From NCBI GenBank assembly GCA_000004985.1, contig GG738848.1: 64,000 bases of DNA. One strand, given 5' to 3'. Position 1 is the first letter of the stretch, and every line of letters begins with the position of its first letter. The stretch comes from Naegleria gruberi. Lineage: Eukaryota. The notes beneath the pieces are model-generated. The model saw only the letters and a list, made by a program, of their open reading frames with translations, was not told where the DNA came from and made no database searches. Positions 30,401 through 37,684 of this stretch are shown piece by piece. Both the position numbers and the translations under genes were made by a program.

Positions 30401-33072
30401 TCAGTATTCTTGATAAACTTGAAAAAGTGGTAGCACAGAGGATTTTTAACGATGGTCTCATAGCTTTGTTGTAAGTTAGAAGACAATAGCAATGTCTTTA
30501 GGAAAACCAAACTAATGTCCTCATCTACAACATGAGTAATAATCTCGAACAGTAGGACGGCCTCCTTGCTGGTTGCACTCTGAGTGATGAATTGGCAACA
30601 CTTATCAATAATGTAACTCTTCAGAGTGTTGGAAAACATGCTTCCCTTGAATCTTCCCATAAATTCTATATATTCAAAAGCAGAGAGGGAAACAAAGAAT
30701 GGTGTCAACATTAATTCGTCAAGCAAGACATGTACATATTCCTTCAAAAAGTTTAACTTGACCAATCTATCAATAAAGAGTAGGAAATTCTCTAACTTCA
30801 TTGTGTTCTGTTGACTTTGAAGAAGGAACAAGAGTGAGGTGGAATTTCTTTTTGATTGGCTGCTGGTGACTTCTTTAGAATCACTTGACTCCACAATTCT
30901 GATGTTGTGGGTAAAGATGTGAATGAGCCAACGTTTTGTTCCATCAAATAATCTGAAGTATCCTTGGATTGAATTGGCTTGATTGATGTTCATTTGAATA
31001 TTTTCTAATAGATTGGCAATCTCATTCAAATCATTTTCGGTATTGATTTCTGCAACCACTGGAGATTGAATCATACAATAAATAATCTCTTCATTTGGGA
31101 GCAAGTTACACATTTGAAATATGGTATCCAAGTCTCTTCTAGTGTTAACCAAATCTGAATTAAAGCTCTGAAGTTGATACCTGTTATTGAGTTCCTTGAT
31201 CTTTTTCTTTAAACATTGAAAAACTGTTGATCTGATCTTTTGTGAATTGTCATGATAAATTAATGAATGGTCCTTCATCTTCTTTATCAATGCCAAGAGA
31301 GATTGGAAGCTTGGAGCATTTGAAATTAATCTTTGAATATCTAGAGAAATTTTCTTTTCCTTCTCTGAATTAAAAATTTCCTTCTCAAAAACTTCATTCA
31401 TTTGCTCAATATTTTCACAACTTGTATAGTCAATCATGTTTTCAGAGGAATTCTTTTCAGAGCTGAATAATTCTTCGTCAGATGAAGAGTTTGAATCAGA
31501 TGTTACAACATCTTCCTCTAGAATAGGTTTTGATTTGACTTTTGGAAGTTGTTTTGGAGAAGCTGTAATCATTCTATCCCTTGAACGAGCATCCTTCTCA
31601 GAGGGAGAACTTGGTGGAGTATTTGGCGATTGATATCCAGTCGTGTTATTATTGTTATTGGAAGGAAATGGATGAAATTGATTTCCAGCCACTGTAGTTG
31701 GTGTATTAGATCCAAAATATCCACTATAATCCTCCATAGATGTACTAGTTGTGTTGGTAGAGATGGATCCAGTTGTGGAAATTTCAATTTCCTCCTCACT
31801 TGTTGTGTAAATAAATGGAATATTCATATCTAGGTTATGAGTGAAAGAACCCTTAAATGATCCACTACTACTCGTTGATGAGAACATTTTGATTGGAAGT
31901 GTCGATTGTTGATGGCCACTGTGCAATAAGCTGTCTCCAAAAATACCCTCTCCACTGTGTTGCATTCCCTGTGATGATGTTGGGAATATAAATCCACTAT
32001 TGTCACTGTCCAATAAATCTTCCATCGATTGTTCAATAGAGGAGAGTAAATCCTCAGCAATAATGGTATCTTTCTTTTCTGAATTATTGTCAAGTGATTT
32101 TTGCTTCATTTTGTGACGTTTCACAACAGAAGGAGCAAGAGCAAATGTTGGAGATTCTAGAGATGGATACTCTTCCTCATCATAGAATTCATCATATCGA
32201 TCATGATGATTCTCATCGAGGAGAGAAAATGAATTGATAGAATTTGTGGTTGTCTGATTCAATAATGGATTATTTGCTGTGAAAGACAAGGAAGAAGAAC
32301 TCGAGCCACTTTTTCTCAATTTTTTCTTTCTCTCACTTGAAAAGGTTCCTCCTCCACTGCCACTAACATTGATAAGACCATCATCTGATAAAGTATCCTT
32401 CCTGAATGCAGGTGGAGAATGTGGTGACTTGATGGATTCATTCTCTCCCAATTGAATGTTTGCTCTTCCTTGATTGATGGCAAGATTGGGTATTGCCTTA
32501 TTGTTTGGACTTGAATTGTTACTACCACTGCTGCTGCTGCTACTAGAGTTATTACTATTGACAGAATTTGTGCTGTTATTATAACTGTTTTTGAAGGGTG
32601 TGTTGGTAGTGTTGGAGCTTGATGCTCCTTTTCCGAATTTTGAAAAGATGGTTTCATCATCATCGTCCAAAATTACTCCACTCTTTGAGATGCCTGAAGA
32701 ACCAGAATTTGAAATGATAGATGAAGTATAATTGAATCTGGAAATGGAATAGATTGAGTTTTGAGAAGTGGTTGATTGTTTGTTGCTATTGTTTGGAGGT
32801 GTTGATGATGGTTTGGTTCCTGATGTTGGTAATGTTGGTGGAGGTGAATTGCTACTACTCGTGCTACTACCATTCGATGAATTGCCACTACTACTACTAT
32901 TATTAGTAACTGATGAAGATTGTTGTTGATTATTACCAGTTGCTGCAAATCTATTGAAAAGTTGATTATTTACATGAGTTTGAATGGGAGTTGGGAGAGG
33001 TTTCTTTGTGGGAGTGGAAGGTAGAGCCGTTGCAGGAGGCTTTTTAGTATTACTATTGTTAAATTGATGCAT
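18424..33072 (-). CDS. Giant (about 4,880 aa) intronless P-loop NTPase with a C-terminal RZ-type zinc finger; RNF213 (mysterin)-like
   Basis: A single uninterrupted 14.6-kb ORF; the first ATG is at 33072. About 520 aa of N-terminal Ser/Asn/Thr low complexity. At least three Walker-A sites (NRTGAGKSRFI; CGDSGVGKSELTKYL; INGKSGSSKSLSLEIL). RZ finger WYKCANNHVYVVDSCGYPTEFAMCPECGLPIGGFDHVPHF about 800 aa from the C-terminus. I found no C3HC4 RING. TAA stop at 18424-18426. Confidence 0.8.
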   Translation of the reverse strand: MHQFNNSNTKKPPATALPSTPTKKPLPTPIQTHVNNQLFNRFAATGNNQQQSSSVTNNSSSSGNSSNGSSTSSSNSPPPTLPTSGTKPSSTPPNNSNKQSTTSQNSIYSISRFNYTSSIISNSGSSGISKSGVILDDDDETIFSKFGKGASSSNTTNTPFKNSYNNSTNSVNSNNSSSSSSSGSNNSSPNNKAIPNLAINQGRANIQLGENESIKSPHSPPAFRKDTLSDDGLINVSGSGGGTFSSERKKKLRKSGSSSSSLSFTANNPLLNQTTTNSINSFSLLDENHHDRYDEFYDEEEYPSLESPTFALAPSVVKRHKMKQKSLDNNSEKKDTIIAEDLLSSIEQSMEDLLDSDNSGFIFPTSSQGMQHSGEGIFGDSLLHSGHQQSTLPIKMFSSTSSSGSFKGSFTHNLDMNIPFIYTTSEEEIEISTTGSISTNTTSTSMEDYSGYFGSNTPTTVAGNQFHPFPSNNNNNTTGYQSPNTPPSSPSEKDARSRDRMITASPKQLPKVKSKPILEEDVVTSDSNSSSDEELFSSEKNSSENMIDYTSCENIEQMNEVFEKEIFNSEKEKKISLDIQRLISNAPSFQSLLALIKKMKDHSLIYHDNSQKIRSTVFQCLKKKIKELNNRYQLQSFNSDLVNTRRDLDTIFQMCNLLPNEEIIYCMIQSPVVAEINTENDLNEIANLLENIQMNINQANSIQGYFRLFDGTKRWLIHIFTHNIRIVESSDSKEVTSSQSKRNSTSLLFLLQSQQNTMKLENFLLFIDRLVKLNFLKEYVHVLLDELMLTPFFVSLSAFEYIEFMGRFKGSMFSNTLKSYIIDKCCQFITQSATSKEAVLLFEIITHVVDEDISLVFLKTLLLSSNLQQSYETIVKNPLCYHFFKFIKNTEKNSGNENFTKIQTEVSALMDIYFKLVFQLLDKTCTISTLHMVLKHEAQFMKLVYLMGDVGFNESHVKQLRQELLSFKTTLDAAQNFLTMFADDPNFFDTSLVLDTIIKIRRNMGEMVFKKIQKQVSELIPFGFEELAFFYELRTSEFFLVLWRDLYTKASNNEKHTIDSIKNKLVPDVKNKWLGFYKSIDSLSIKLNEFYSILRKCRYENRVDSLLSSTNVQYQEELLSVRMTFNGKSSDRTPNKEDLEWVSKRLNIINSFEKINLYRSYLPSLLLLVEHFEPYFTIDLKKDTDYIQLKKESNTLNQQSMLESQTLAMFEDQKSNFNLLLFTRFFKGFNDNQLSFMKLLCDSTGFSIIDWLLNYKSNSEFDNLVEICKSYTDSVKILQSLKSLVVVRDCISDFIYSNQVDHANINFISLENFKNSMTKLEISNDDLSQLSNLKKNFTLLLSMFEEKTRSGGVQALYDLAAITERGQYEFNLADPSVILCKIMPSHPIMNTSQIRRLSLQQQVMTIDGLVELRNKLMLSEIPDNIKTLDDVNSRINLFVRCITLMLDIKASLLDLCKQAHFEFQENYFKAIRASECSPEYIQKYHAELLEKLEKWKKITENSRNGNYYMNLFRAKESLRVYELLKKYQQDSERSSIYDLLSILKLGDHNLELSDIENCITVLNLDFVTDCAAEEKMRKLCSFIESIFSRRENSYRKSQYELPTNVQSKYSLNTFDGVFKIIKLQKEKEVMDAIISLYSLRGRLPLSEEVLLCNSFSTDMEDIELILNRWLNSKVKEKRDNMYCIANIQELPYIVQSKMLLKIQEILSSLSKKENTGKLVLIGGSDNNNARLLLEFSNYVDKSFKTLPKKYIVNIMKSYQGSNVKCVTSNRTGAGKSRFILKDIYLNKKKYSRVTVLEDSTVKEIVGLLWKTTNQNQGKEIAFHLALCNIIPKHMNSLLFELFYLGCVRDRETASVFHIVPNIQFYIEIPNSLCVPILSEFVYFCTALPIEEITTDESSLELVNYELINMEDDSIDIMCTDDNKVQYVCKFLKAFEENVFKNAAPSVPDFDPVKAPDLSLKACFKLLCKYTGFKPDNASFSVVNNFVRFLYGQFLSTSRYVCFKNCVMEGSMQLFKHAMIDLMIKSARDLTAISVEKDFIISLAKKYEGKPYTEILLLQYVEMFEHRLSKWEEQASQHPLVVFYRSNINEITGIDLIGINTDKLELNEELKYSLSCNGIDLETPRDLSHDRAQEIIRNVAGLKQDETNEKKISNNYVLTVDNLSKVLMIYHKMKYNLPTILCGDSGVGKSELTKYLCSVLGIKLKRFAVNEGHTSNDILNWLNPLIAEARLNPKKEIIAFFDKVNTSNNLGLFKELICDNCVHNKVLPRNLKIVASCNPYRLRRYAGTDIEYGSSGQKSDILKDNIRALQRTTGLDIQVFSQCLIYKVYPMPVSILDHVFNFGSLNPIIEQLYIRAILLMEINVEDIGKSGLFFDCFTELIFASQSFIRKVYMERSAVNLRDVKRCINLFKSFYQSLSKRNGIDPTFFLEESNFIIKNSIILSLGHCYYHRLSSKRDEFVKELEDLFTSSRSKIASYFSYQKGDFINTLTEEQRYYTMHLNIPKGVALNHALRENIFMTLVCVLNRIPIFINGKSGSSKSLSLEILSTNLNGTASVNSFLRSLPSLEIFTYQCSQISTPESVKSCFESAKRYQKNSPNSIAIVLLNEVGLLEHSSSHPLKVVNKELEEDCSVSVIGLSNWTLDPNLINRAVYLTRPSPSTFELKTTLSGIVNSVHLDSTLYSLAKAYHDVYNGQQRKDFFGLRDFYHTVKFINRNFDGTLSPELLTDALARNFGGSNNEEFLRVLNIFFSCVGMNIISNRKSKLDYISENLNDTKARHLMLLTKNNAALSILFSEFKQLLAYDKAEVVFGPNFPNSTKELQVCMDIQRIKNAMSTGKTVVLVNCEQLYESLYDLFNLQYIEYDENRVVGISLGTYSRICSVHKNFRVIVIVDQDDAYSRLAKPLLNRFEKQTLHRDDLFDKSASVNVKNLCSRLQSWVKTTFGDDEKPFVNTHKSLLQSLVLSLDTKQIEDPSLHDYLLDICKNALLWITTADAVVRMSSINNSRTREYLKTYFEKQEHRDLPHLLHFLLGSLQEQSQNGLSSNSLIYYGYFQLCLLTYSSVSINIDNLIQASREIGASIEYHSVVSMAELKSEMELIELVKQFFGKKITSANGQHLLVLQCENMNLDLLNQTKFIIQKHRKCISPSESVGKNILLLINVVPGKSINSQHLIEFDIPWKFAFIDEIRPTETTIYEILNRPFTEQIQTTNVRQVIKSNFRTSLAMLRKFNTKINDITLLISRTNELIDSDECWKVINKKVLEICHDYFSQNQINFYSTYVANHINEYFLVVNTYHSAIQYCVERILIKSFTFLLAEIDRNDNLRLFFEYKSTNRTEGTNLWIKLLDDLKRPSVNHMLTRNEQTISSMAELLRWKPIEVKSDGNNNRIFQARYPFSYEVCRNLHSWRSVCESSRLGVYEALQKHIDMIYPFMNNLPREYSEFFLYDYMCICGVQCTVLTNEVQYEIIKKMLDADPSEGSNIAKILSFYWRQERRLQSYYVLFETFPKSVLQRKFLQKLLVPSLRISSIEEIDMLLFSVIYHNLDPRNIETSHDITVANQRRNIWVKTLTDIKSPVEVLITLIHSTTINLTGGPRSSMLKNIGYIHEKWQKLQFYKEYLQEIAIPLGIVREISMILWQNMKTKSLSSQSSLDLILYFLDLVNKIGDNIQNDKTNQSDESRKKTNITRFFEMFTAKFLVRRIGKEDDIEKPLVGALMGLIKGENEKFNQLMKQATQNLKVSILKKLLLNKNTKPLVNEELKEIFKVELSPKTESLDQSTLISYLSIYESVLQNIPEEQLSKLLESVSDNFVDVASWKDIIKDVHLLAAIRCAMSTFSKRLILVVERGDSIRDFISSSPIARQLLSLFERPNFSFLKMVLLRLVVERKGRVFLLKTFRSRASPQFPWVSSLLQGFKYTDNIPQNVLMHVLNGLEELASCVDMIMSLRQQGDYNSKTESIIKLKASLEAIINTGQQIDIHSLKKLCYLAVVDKCYLSYCSENSNKDKFTKILTSEDEVNTQSCPIDITKLKNFLLKHVLRDDKEVHMTIKFASNAFNEDSFFFLNENTTLENLTLVHVIHHICSVALSNYVTDQFWWLLLFDPSSLKDKYLPSVTDDARTQVINTIDNGTVSWYKCANNHVYVVDSCGYPTEFAMCPECGLPIGGFDHVPHFSNDKIKQDEDIAPTGYAVYEHFKERDLAATVREISPVSFRIIRLIIHSLLLVGNSIFPEREEEYRQVFHKTMSSVDNLNEFLLGHIKNDWSILCELLGGQNEEKASVLLFNILEFFSYSSKQLETKKRTNPKLPYTSRDISTKAGRSGWETHFNGCVTMITENAAKKYQLYYKQLDSIQKKGNDVITNILLFSSAGAPQELKQPILPLSDPISQIWNIKPPITYDQFKSYFIADKAERKYPILSLFIRNEHLLYPTRYIPHVVKWQKLVTNTFSRRIDRHYARTRTVRDVFSEFMSSLSLSPIHFQLGAEKASIEKIFDGWAKSFNHSWKYIERYQCLPLPAWCKNVSMSKDTPLSFSIPDEQDEGICALALIQFLVDKHNDIIDRAGKLLNKTSTESSPIEISSRFISKHHLVSFNIEEEVMPVITDSELDQDTNKQNSYKFDYQRVEQFIVNKYLSGKPKIKLELENFTFLNETRYSSGFGQVGGPVSELKSKIKQVELPTDMKQAIVSELRGGETSLDLFQSCIRQIEECISFLQAISGSNNLEEVEKMSIIDYLQNILLVDPKVTKQTLAKSYTIIVHVKLCHLVSLWSLLENELSPGASIESSSIANKYKKVLPAELVQKLDEFKNILSPDDCSMLVSSMKELLLSYFTSETLDSEIPLKQMLEITPAIGAKSQEGNKLGDYEWLLQLSDEFKTCHLFEVYRHLSMQISSNK

Positions 33073-33619
33073 GATTAATATTCGGATCAAGCAATCAATT
33101 AATATTGATTAATATTATTATTCTAATGAATACAGTGTTGATTAATGTACAGGAGAAGACTCGATTTGAGTATATTTACAATATATATCTACCACGAGTA
33201 GGAAATTTACTGTACAGTTCGATTGAGAGTTTCAATCAAAATTCGAGAGTTGATCAAGCAAGAAGATATGGAATCGGAAAAGGCTTTTTTTGTTGTTTGA
33301 TGACCAACTAATAATAGAGGTCAAGAAGTGGTTTGAAACATATTGTTGTACAGTAACGGTATGATGGCTTCCATCATGACCTCAGATCCATGTATTTCAA
33401 CTTTCCATCCATGTTAATATATTACAGCATCACTAACTTATTGGAAGGTGTCAAGGTTAAATATCATGTTGAAGATTATTCTCAATAAATTTATTAAAAA
33501 CTTTGCAGGTTAAAAATATTCATTGTAAAATATCACTCAGCCAAGAAATATTTTAAATTTCGTTTGAAAAAAAAAACTTTTAAGTGCGAGCACCCCGTTG
33601 TTTTGACCACCACATAAAA

Positions 33620-34054
33620 ATGTCATCTCAAATTGAAGTCGTTGACCAACTCCTCACCCAAGAACCAAAGGAAGAACTTAACTTGAACACTGCTATCAAG
33701 AGAGTCTTGAAGACTGCCTCTGCTAACAGATCTGTTGCTCGTGGTTTGAGAGAAGTCTGTAGAACTTTGGCTAAGGATAAGGCTCAATTGTGCGTCCTCG
33801 CTGACGACTGTGACAAGGATCAATACAAGAAGTTGATCAAGGCTTTCTGTGCCTACAAGAAGGTTGATCTCTTGGAAGTCCCATCTAAGAGACAATTGGG
33901 TGAATGGGTTGGTCTTGCTAAGTATGATAAGCAAATGAGAACCAGAAGAGTCCAAAAGTGTGCTGTTGCCGTCATTACTGATTTGAGCGGTTTCGGTGAA
34001 GAACAAGATGAAGCTTTGAACTTTGTCTTGAAGCATTTGGGCAAGTCTGATTAA
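33620..34054 (+). CDS. RPS12: 40S ribosomal protein S12 (L7Ae fold)
   Basis: ATG at 33620 (MSSQIEVV...). Clear RPS12 colinearity (ALQEVLKTA...GLREVCRTLAKDKAQLCVLADDCDKDQYKKLIKAFC...GEWVGL). Codon usage is visibly biased toward AAG, TTG, GTC, TCT, GCT, GGT, as in a highly expressed gene. Confidence 0.9.
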   Translation: MSSQIEVVDQLLTQEPKEELNLNTAIKRVLKTASANRSVARGLREVCRTLAKDKAQLCVLADDCDKDQYKKLIKAFCAYKKVDLLEVPSKRQLGEWVGLAKYDKQMRTRRVQKCAVAVITDLSGFGEEQDEALNFVLKHLGKSD

Positions 34055-34262
34055 ATTTGCATCATATGAACGAATAAAATTTAAAATTTATTTAAAAAGT
34101 AATTTTGAATGTGTTAATATTTTAATGTTGTGAAAAGATAGCTTACCATACCACTTGAAAGATGGTATGATTTTTGGTGAATTATCACTTGCAAGTTGTG
34201 ACTTCAATCAAGGAATAACGGAAAAGGTTGAAGCCACAAAGAGAAATTAAAATTACAAAAAA

Positions 34263-35195
34263 ATGTCCTTCATCATTAAACCAACCCGTATCTTGTCAAA
34301 CTCTTTGAGATCAAAGAAGATTTGCTCTCCTCTTTTCCAACAACAACAAATCATCACTAGACAACAATACAATTTTTCATCATGTCTTCGTTCTATGCAA
34401 CAACAAATCACTTATCCAACCAATCTTGAAAATATTCTCTTTGAAAAGAAGGATTCCGGAGTTGCCATCATCACTTTGAACAGACCAAAAGCTTTGAATG
34501 CATTGTGTAAACAACTTGTTCAAGAATTGGGACAAGTTGTCTCCTTGTGCGAAAAGGATCCATCTGTTAGAGTAATGATCATTACAGGAAGTCAAAAGGC
34601 TTTTGCTGCTGGAGCTGACATTAAGGAAATGAGCACCATGACTGCTATGCAAGTTTATAATGAAAATTTATTTGGAGAACTTGATGCTGTTTCTAAAGCT
34701 AGAAAGCCAGTTATTGCTGCTGTTAATGGATTTGCTTTGGGTGGTGGATGTGAACTTGCCATGATGTGTGACTTTATTGTTGCTGGTGAAAATGCCAAGT
34801 TTGGTCAACCAGAAATTAAGCTTGGTACTATTCCAGGTATTGGTGGTACTCAAAGACTTACTAAAGCTATTGGTAAGGCAAAGGCTATGGAATGGAATTT
34901 GACTGGAGATCTCCATGATGCTGTTGAAGCTGAAAAGGCTGGTTTAGTTTCTCGTATTGTCAAGACTGAACAACTCCTTGAAGAAACTCTCAAGATTGCT
35001 GAAAAGATTGCTTCATACAGTCAACCTATTGCTGCATTGGCTAAGGAATGTGTTAATAAGGCTCATGAAACTGGTTTGCAAGAAGGTTTAGTTTTCGAAA
35101 GAAGAGTTTTCATGTCCACTTTTGCTTCAAAGGATCAAAAGGAAGGTATGAGTGCTTTTGCTGAAAAGAGAACTCCAAAGTTTGTTGATGAATAA
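34263..35195 (+). CDS. Enoyl-CoA hydratase (crotonase), mitochondrial type
   Basis: ATG at 34263. A basic, hydroxyl-rich presequence, then the crotonase core ...VAIITLNRPKALNAL...ITGSQKAFAAGADIKEM...GGGCELAMMCDFIVAG... Confidence 0.9.
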   Translation: MSFIIKPTRILSNSLRSKKICSPLFQQQQIITRQQYNFSSCLRSMQQQITYPTNLENILFEKKDSGVAIITLNRPKALNALCKQLVQELGQVVSLCEKDPSVRVMIITGSQKAFAAGADIKEMSTMTAMQVYNENLFGELDAVSKARKPVIAAVNGFALGGGCELAMMCDFIVAGENAKFGQPEIKLGTIPGIGGTQRLTKAIGKAKAMEWNLTGDLHDAVEAEKAGLVSRIVKTEQLLEETLKIAEKIASYSQPIAALAKECVNKAHETGLQEGLVFERRVFMSTFASKDQKEGMSAFAEKRTPKFVDE

Positions 35196-35356
35196 ATTTC
35201 CAAGTTGTGTGAAATCTCTCAATTTATCTCTCTGAGTTTATAAAATGGAAACAAATTGTAATAAAGATATTTCACACGAGTCCTCAATGAGGACTGTAAA
35301 GTAAGGCGCGCAATTTCTGCAATTCCACAAACGCTTAATCAAAGTAGAAGAAAAAA

Positions 35357-36052
35357 ATGATCAAACCAATTAATATTGCACTATATTGTTTTCTAGCAAT
35401 ATTGCTAATGGTTATCAATCATTCACTTGCTCTCATTACTCCTCGTGTTACTCTTCCGAGAATGGTGAGCACAAAGCAAGGAGAGGAATCATGTTGTTTA
35501 CCTCGAAAGATTTCCCTTCAGGGCTCTATTTTCCAAGTAAGCTATGAAGGAAATATGACCAATACCTTCTTTGGTACATGGATACTCAATAATGATCTTG
35601 ATAATGGAAAGGCAAGATCTGATTTGGTGTCCTCCAACTCGGGACCGAATGTCACCACAGTATCATATAGAAATGGGCAAAATACTTTTACCTATACCTA
35701 CATTCCAGGTCAAACATGTTATTGTGTTAAAATAATCAATGCAGATTGGAATAGAAACTATTGCACAAGTAGTGGAAGACTTTTGGAACAATCGAATGTC
35801 GGATTCAATAAGGCAAACAAGTATGGCTTTGAGAATGTTGTGGCTGGAAACAAGTATATTGACGCTAGTTATTATTGGACTATACCAGTTGATCAAAAGA
35901 CATGTATCTTCGTGAGTAATGTTGAAGCAATTGCGCAATCAATTGGAACTTTCTCAAAGAATACTCAATTCTATGGAGCCAGTTATCAAGTAGATCCAAA
36001 ACTATTTGTTATTCCACAATATTGTCCACCAGAAAGTCAATGTCCACTTTAA
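35357..36052 (+). CDS. Secreted cysteine-containing protein; possibly ependymin-related
   Basis: ATG at 35357. A signal peptide (IALYCFLAILLMVINHSLA) and conserved Cys pairs (CCLP near the N-terminus; YCPPESQCP at the C-terminus). The family call is tentative. Confidence 0.45.
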   Translation: MIKPINIALYCFLAILLMVINHSLALITPRVTLPRMVSTKQGEESCCLPRKISLQGSIFQVSYEGNMTNTFFGTWILNNDLDNGKARSDLVSSNSGPNVTTVSYRNGQNTFTYTYIPGQTCYCVKIINADWNRNYCTSSGRLLEQSNVGFNKANKYGFENVVAGNKYIDASYYWTIPVDQKTCIFVSNVEAIAQSIGTFSKNTQFYGASYQVDPKLFVIPQYCPPESQCPL

Positions 36053-36394
36053 CAATAAAACTATGTTTATCATTTTATGATCAATAAATATCAGTGGTGA
36101 TAATAGACTTGTTGAATCACTCCTACATTGAACCCAAGATTCGTATAGAACTCTTGCCTTCACTGTTCATACAGTCAAAGACTGTAGCGGGATTGTCGCC
36201 ATATTCCTGGCAGGCTTCCTGTCTTGTCAATTTAAAAGAATGTGAAATATTTGAATGTGCCGTTTCAATGAAGTTATAGATTTGCCTTGTAGGATTGAAC
36301 CTCATAATCTTGATTCAGAAGCAATAAGCGATTCATTATTAAATTGGTAAGAAGGAAATAACTGAAAAATGATTTTGTTTTCCTTAAATTCAAT

Positions 36395-36485
36395 GGTGAG
36401 TTGGTCGAGTGGTCTAAGACGACACGTTAAGGTATGATTAATACCGTGTTCCGCAAGGGCGTGGGTTCAAATCCCACACTCATCA
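36395..36485 (+). tRNA. tRNA-Leu (AAG) with an 11-12 nt anticodon-loop intron
   Basis: Acceptor GGTGAGT/ACTCATC. D-arm GTC..GAGTGGTCTAA..GAC. Anticodon stem ACACG/CGTGT, loop TTAAGG[TATGATTAATA]C. Long variable arm. T-arm GTGGG TTCAAAT CCCAC. A GTTTTTTT terminator follows. Confidence 0.85.
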
Positions 36486-36486
36486 G

Positions 36487-36493
36487 TTTTTTA
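36487..36493 (+). terminator. Pol III T-run terminator after tRNA-Leu
   Basis: TTTTTTT immediately 3' of the tRNA. Confidence 0.55.
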
Positions 36494-36596
36494 GATTCAC
36501 CTTTTTCATCCCTTAATGGAAAGGTGAAAAACAAGCAAATAATTGTGTTCACTAATACTTTGGTTATAAAACAATGACAAGTTTAATGAATGTGCT

Positions 36597-36667
36597 CGTC
36601 TCGTGGTGTAATGGTAGCATAGTGGACTTTGAATCCATTGACGGAGGTTCGATTCCTCCCGAGACGG
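36597..36667 (+). tRNA. tRNA-Gln (TTG)
   Basis: Acceptor CGTCTCG/CGAGACG. Anticodon stem GTGGA/TCCAT, loop CTTTGAA. T-arm GGAGG TTCGATT CCTCC. The ORF-track entry 36574..36891 overlapping it is spurious. Confidence 0.8.
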
Positions 36668-37217
36668 TAACGTGGCGAGCCATGAAATTTTTATGTATAT
36701 TTTTATTTATATTAATGACAATTTGGATTTCTAAAGTAAGAGTTGCTTCAAAGAGATGGAACTGTGCTGACTTGACAATTACACCATCATATTTCAATAA
36801 AGAGTTGAACTGTTGCATCTTTTTTTTCCATAAGAGAAGATTATGGATTGTCCACATGGATATTAAATGTTCTTGTAAGCATAAGAATTAAAGATAATTA
36901 ATTCTGTTACGAGAGCACAAAAGAAGTTTTCAAAGTATCTAAATTATATTTGATTTTATTTACAATTAGATTCAATAATTTCAAAGATTTATATGAATTT
37001 TCCATCATGATATTCTTCAAAAGCATGTTCGATTTCCTCTCTAGTATTCATAACAAAAGGTTCACATGTACAAAATCAAAAGTTGATCTTCTGAAGTTTC
37101 AGAAAAGAGAAATCTGCCTTGAGTCAAGACTCTACTTCCCTCAATGACATATACGGATACAACATTTTCAAATCCCTTCTTCGCCAAATCATTACATTAA
37201 ATCATAGTCATATGAAA

Positions 37218-37288
37218 TCGGGTGTGGTATAGTGGTAGCATTCCAGACTGTCACTCTGGCGACCCGGGTTCAATTCCCGGCACTCGAG
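37218..37288 (+). tRNA. tRNA-Asp (GTC)
   Basis: Acceptor TCGGGTG/CACTCGA. Anticodon stem CCAGA/TCTGG, loop CTGTCAC. T-arm CCGGG TTCAATT CCCGG. A TTTTT run lies 6 nt downstream. ORF 37222..37410 is spurious. Confidence 0.85.
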
Positions 37289-37684
37289 ATAAATTTTTGA
37301 TAATATCCCAATGTTTGAGTTTTACTTTTTTCATCATAGGAGGAATGAAATGCAATCTAGCTATTTATCAATTTTCAAAGTTTCATCTCTTAAAACCATC
37401 GAGAAAATAATCAAAGATTTGACACTCTCCATTTTTCAAAAAAAAATTCCTTTTGAAAAAGTTCCAAGTTCCTTGCCTATCTTTCAAATTATTTCCGCTT
37501 ATCAATCAAACTCGAAACAATTCTATTGGTTGATTCACCACCAATCTTTCAAAATTGTCTCCTTTCTGCACCCAAATTGCAACAAGTCCACTTCAAAATA
37601 AATATAAATATTTCCATTGTGTTCTAAACTTTTGAAAAACAACAACAAAACAAATATCTAAACAACTAAACAACTCAAAACAAA

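Noticed and set aside
18424-33090. About 20 short ORFs (60-165 aa) on both strands inside the giant gene (for example 19530..19736, 26867..27364, 32316..32948)
   Set aside because: All lie within, or antisense to, one uninterrupted 4.9k-codon ORF with clear domain content. They are low-complexity or AT-rich frame artefacts.
36574-36891. ORF-track protein overlapping tRNA-Gln, and 37222..37410 overlapping tRNA-Asp
   Set aside because: These are translations of tRNA genes and their flanks, with no coding features.
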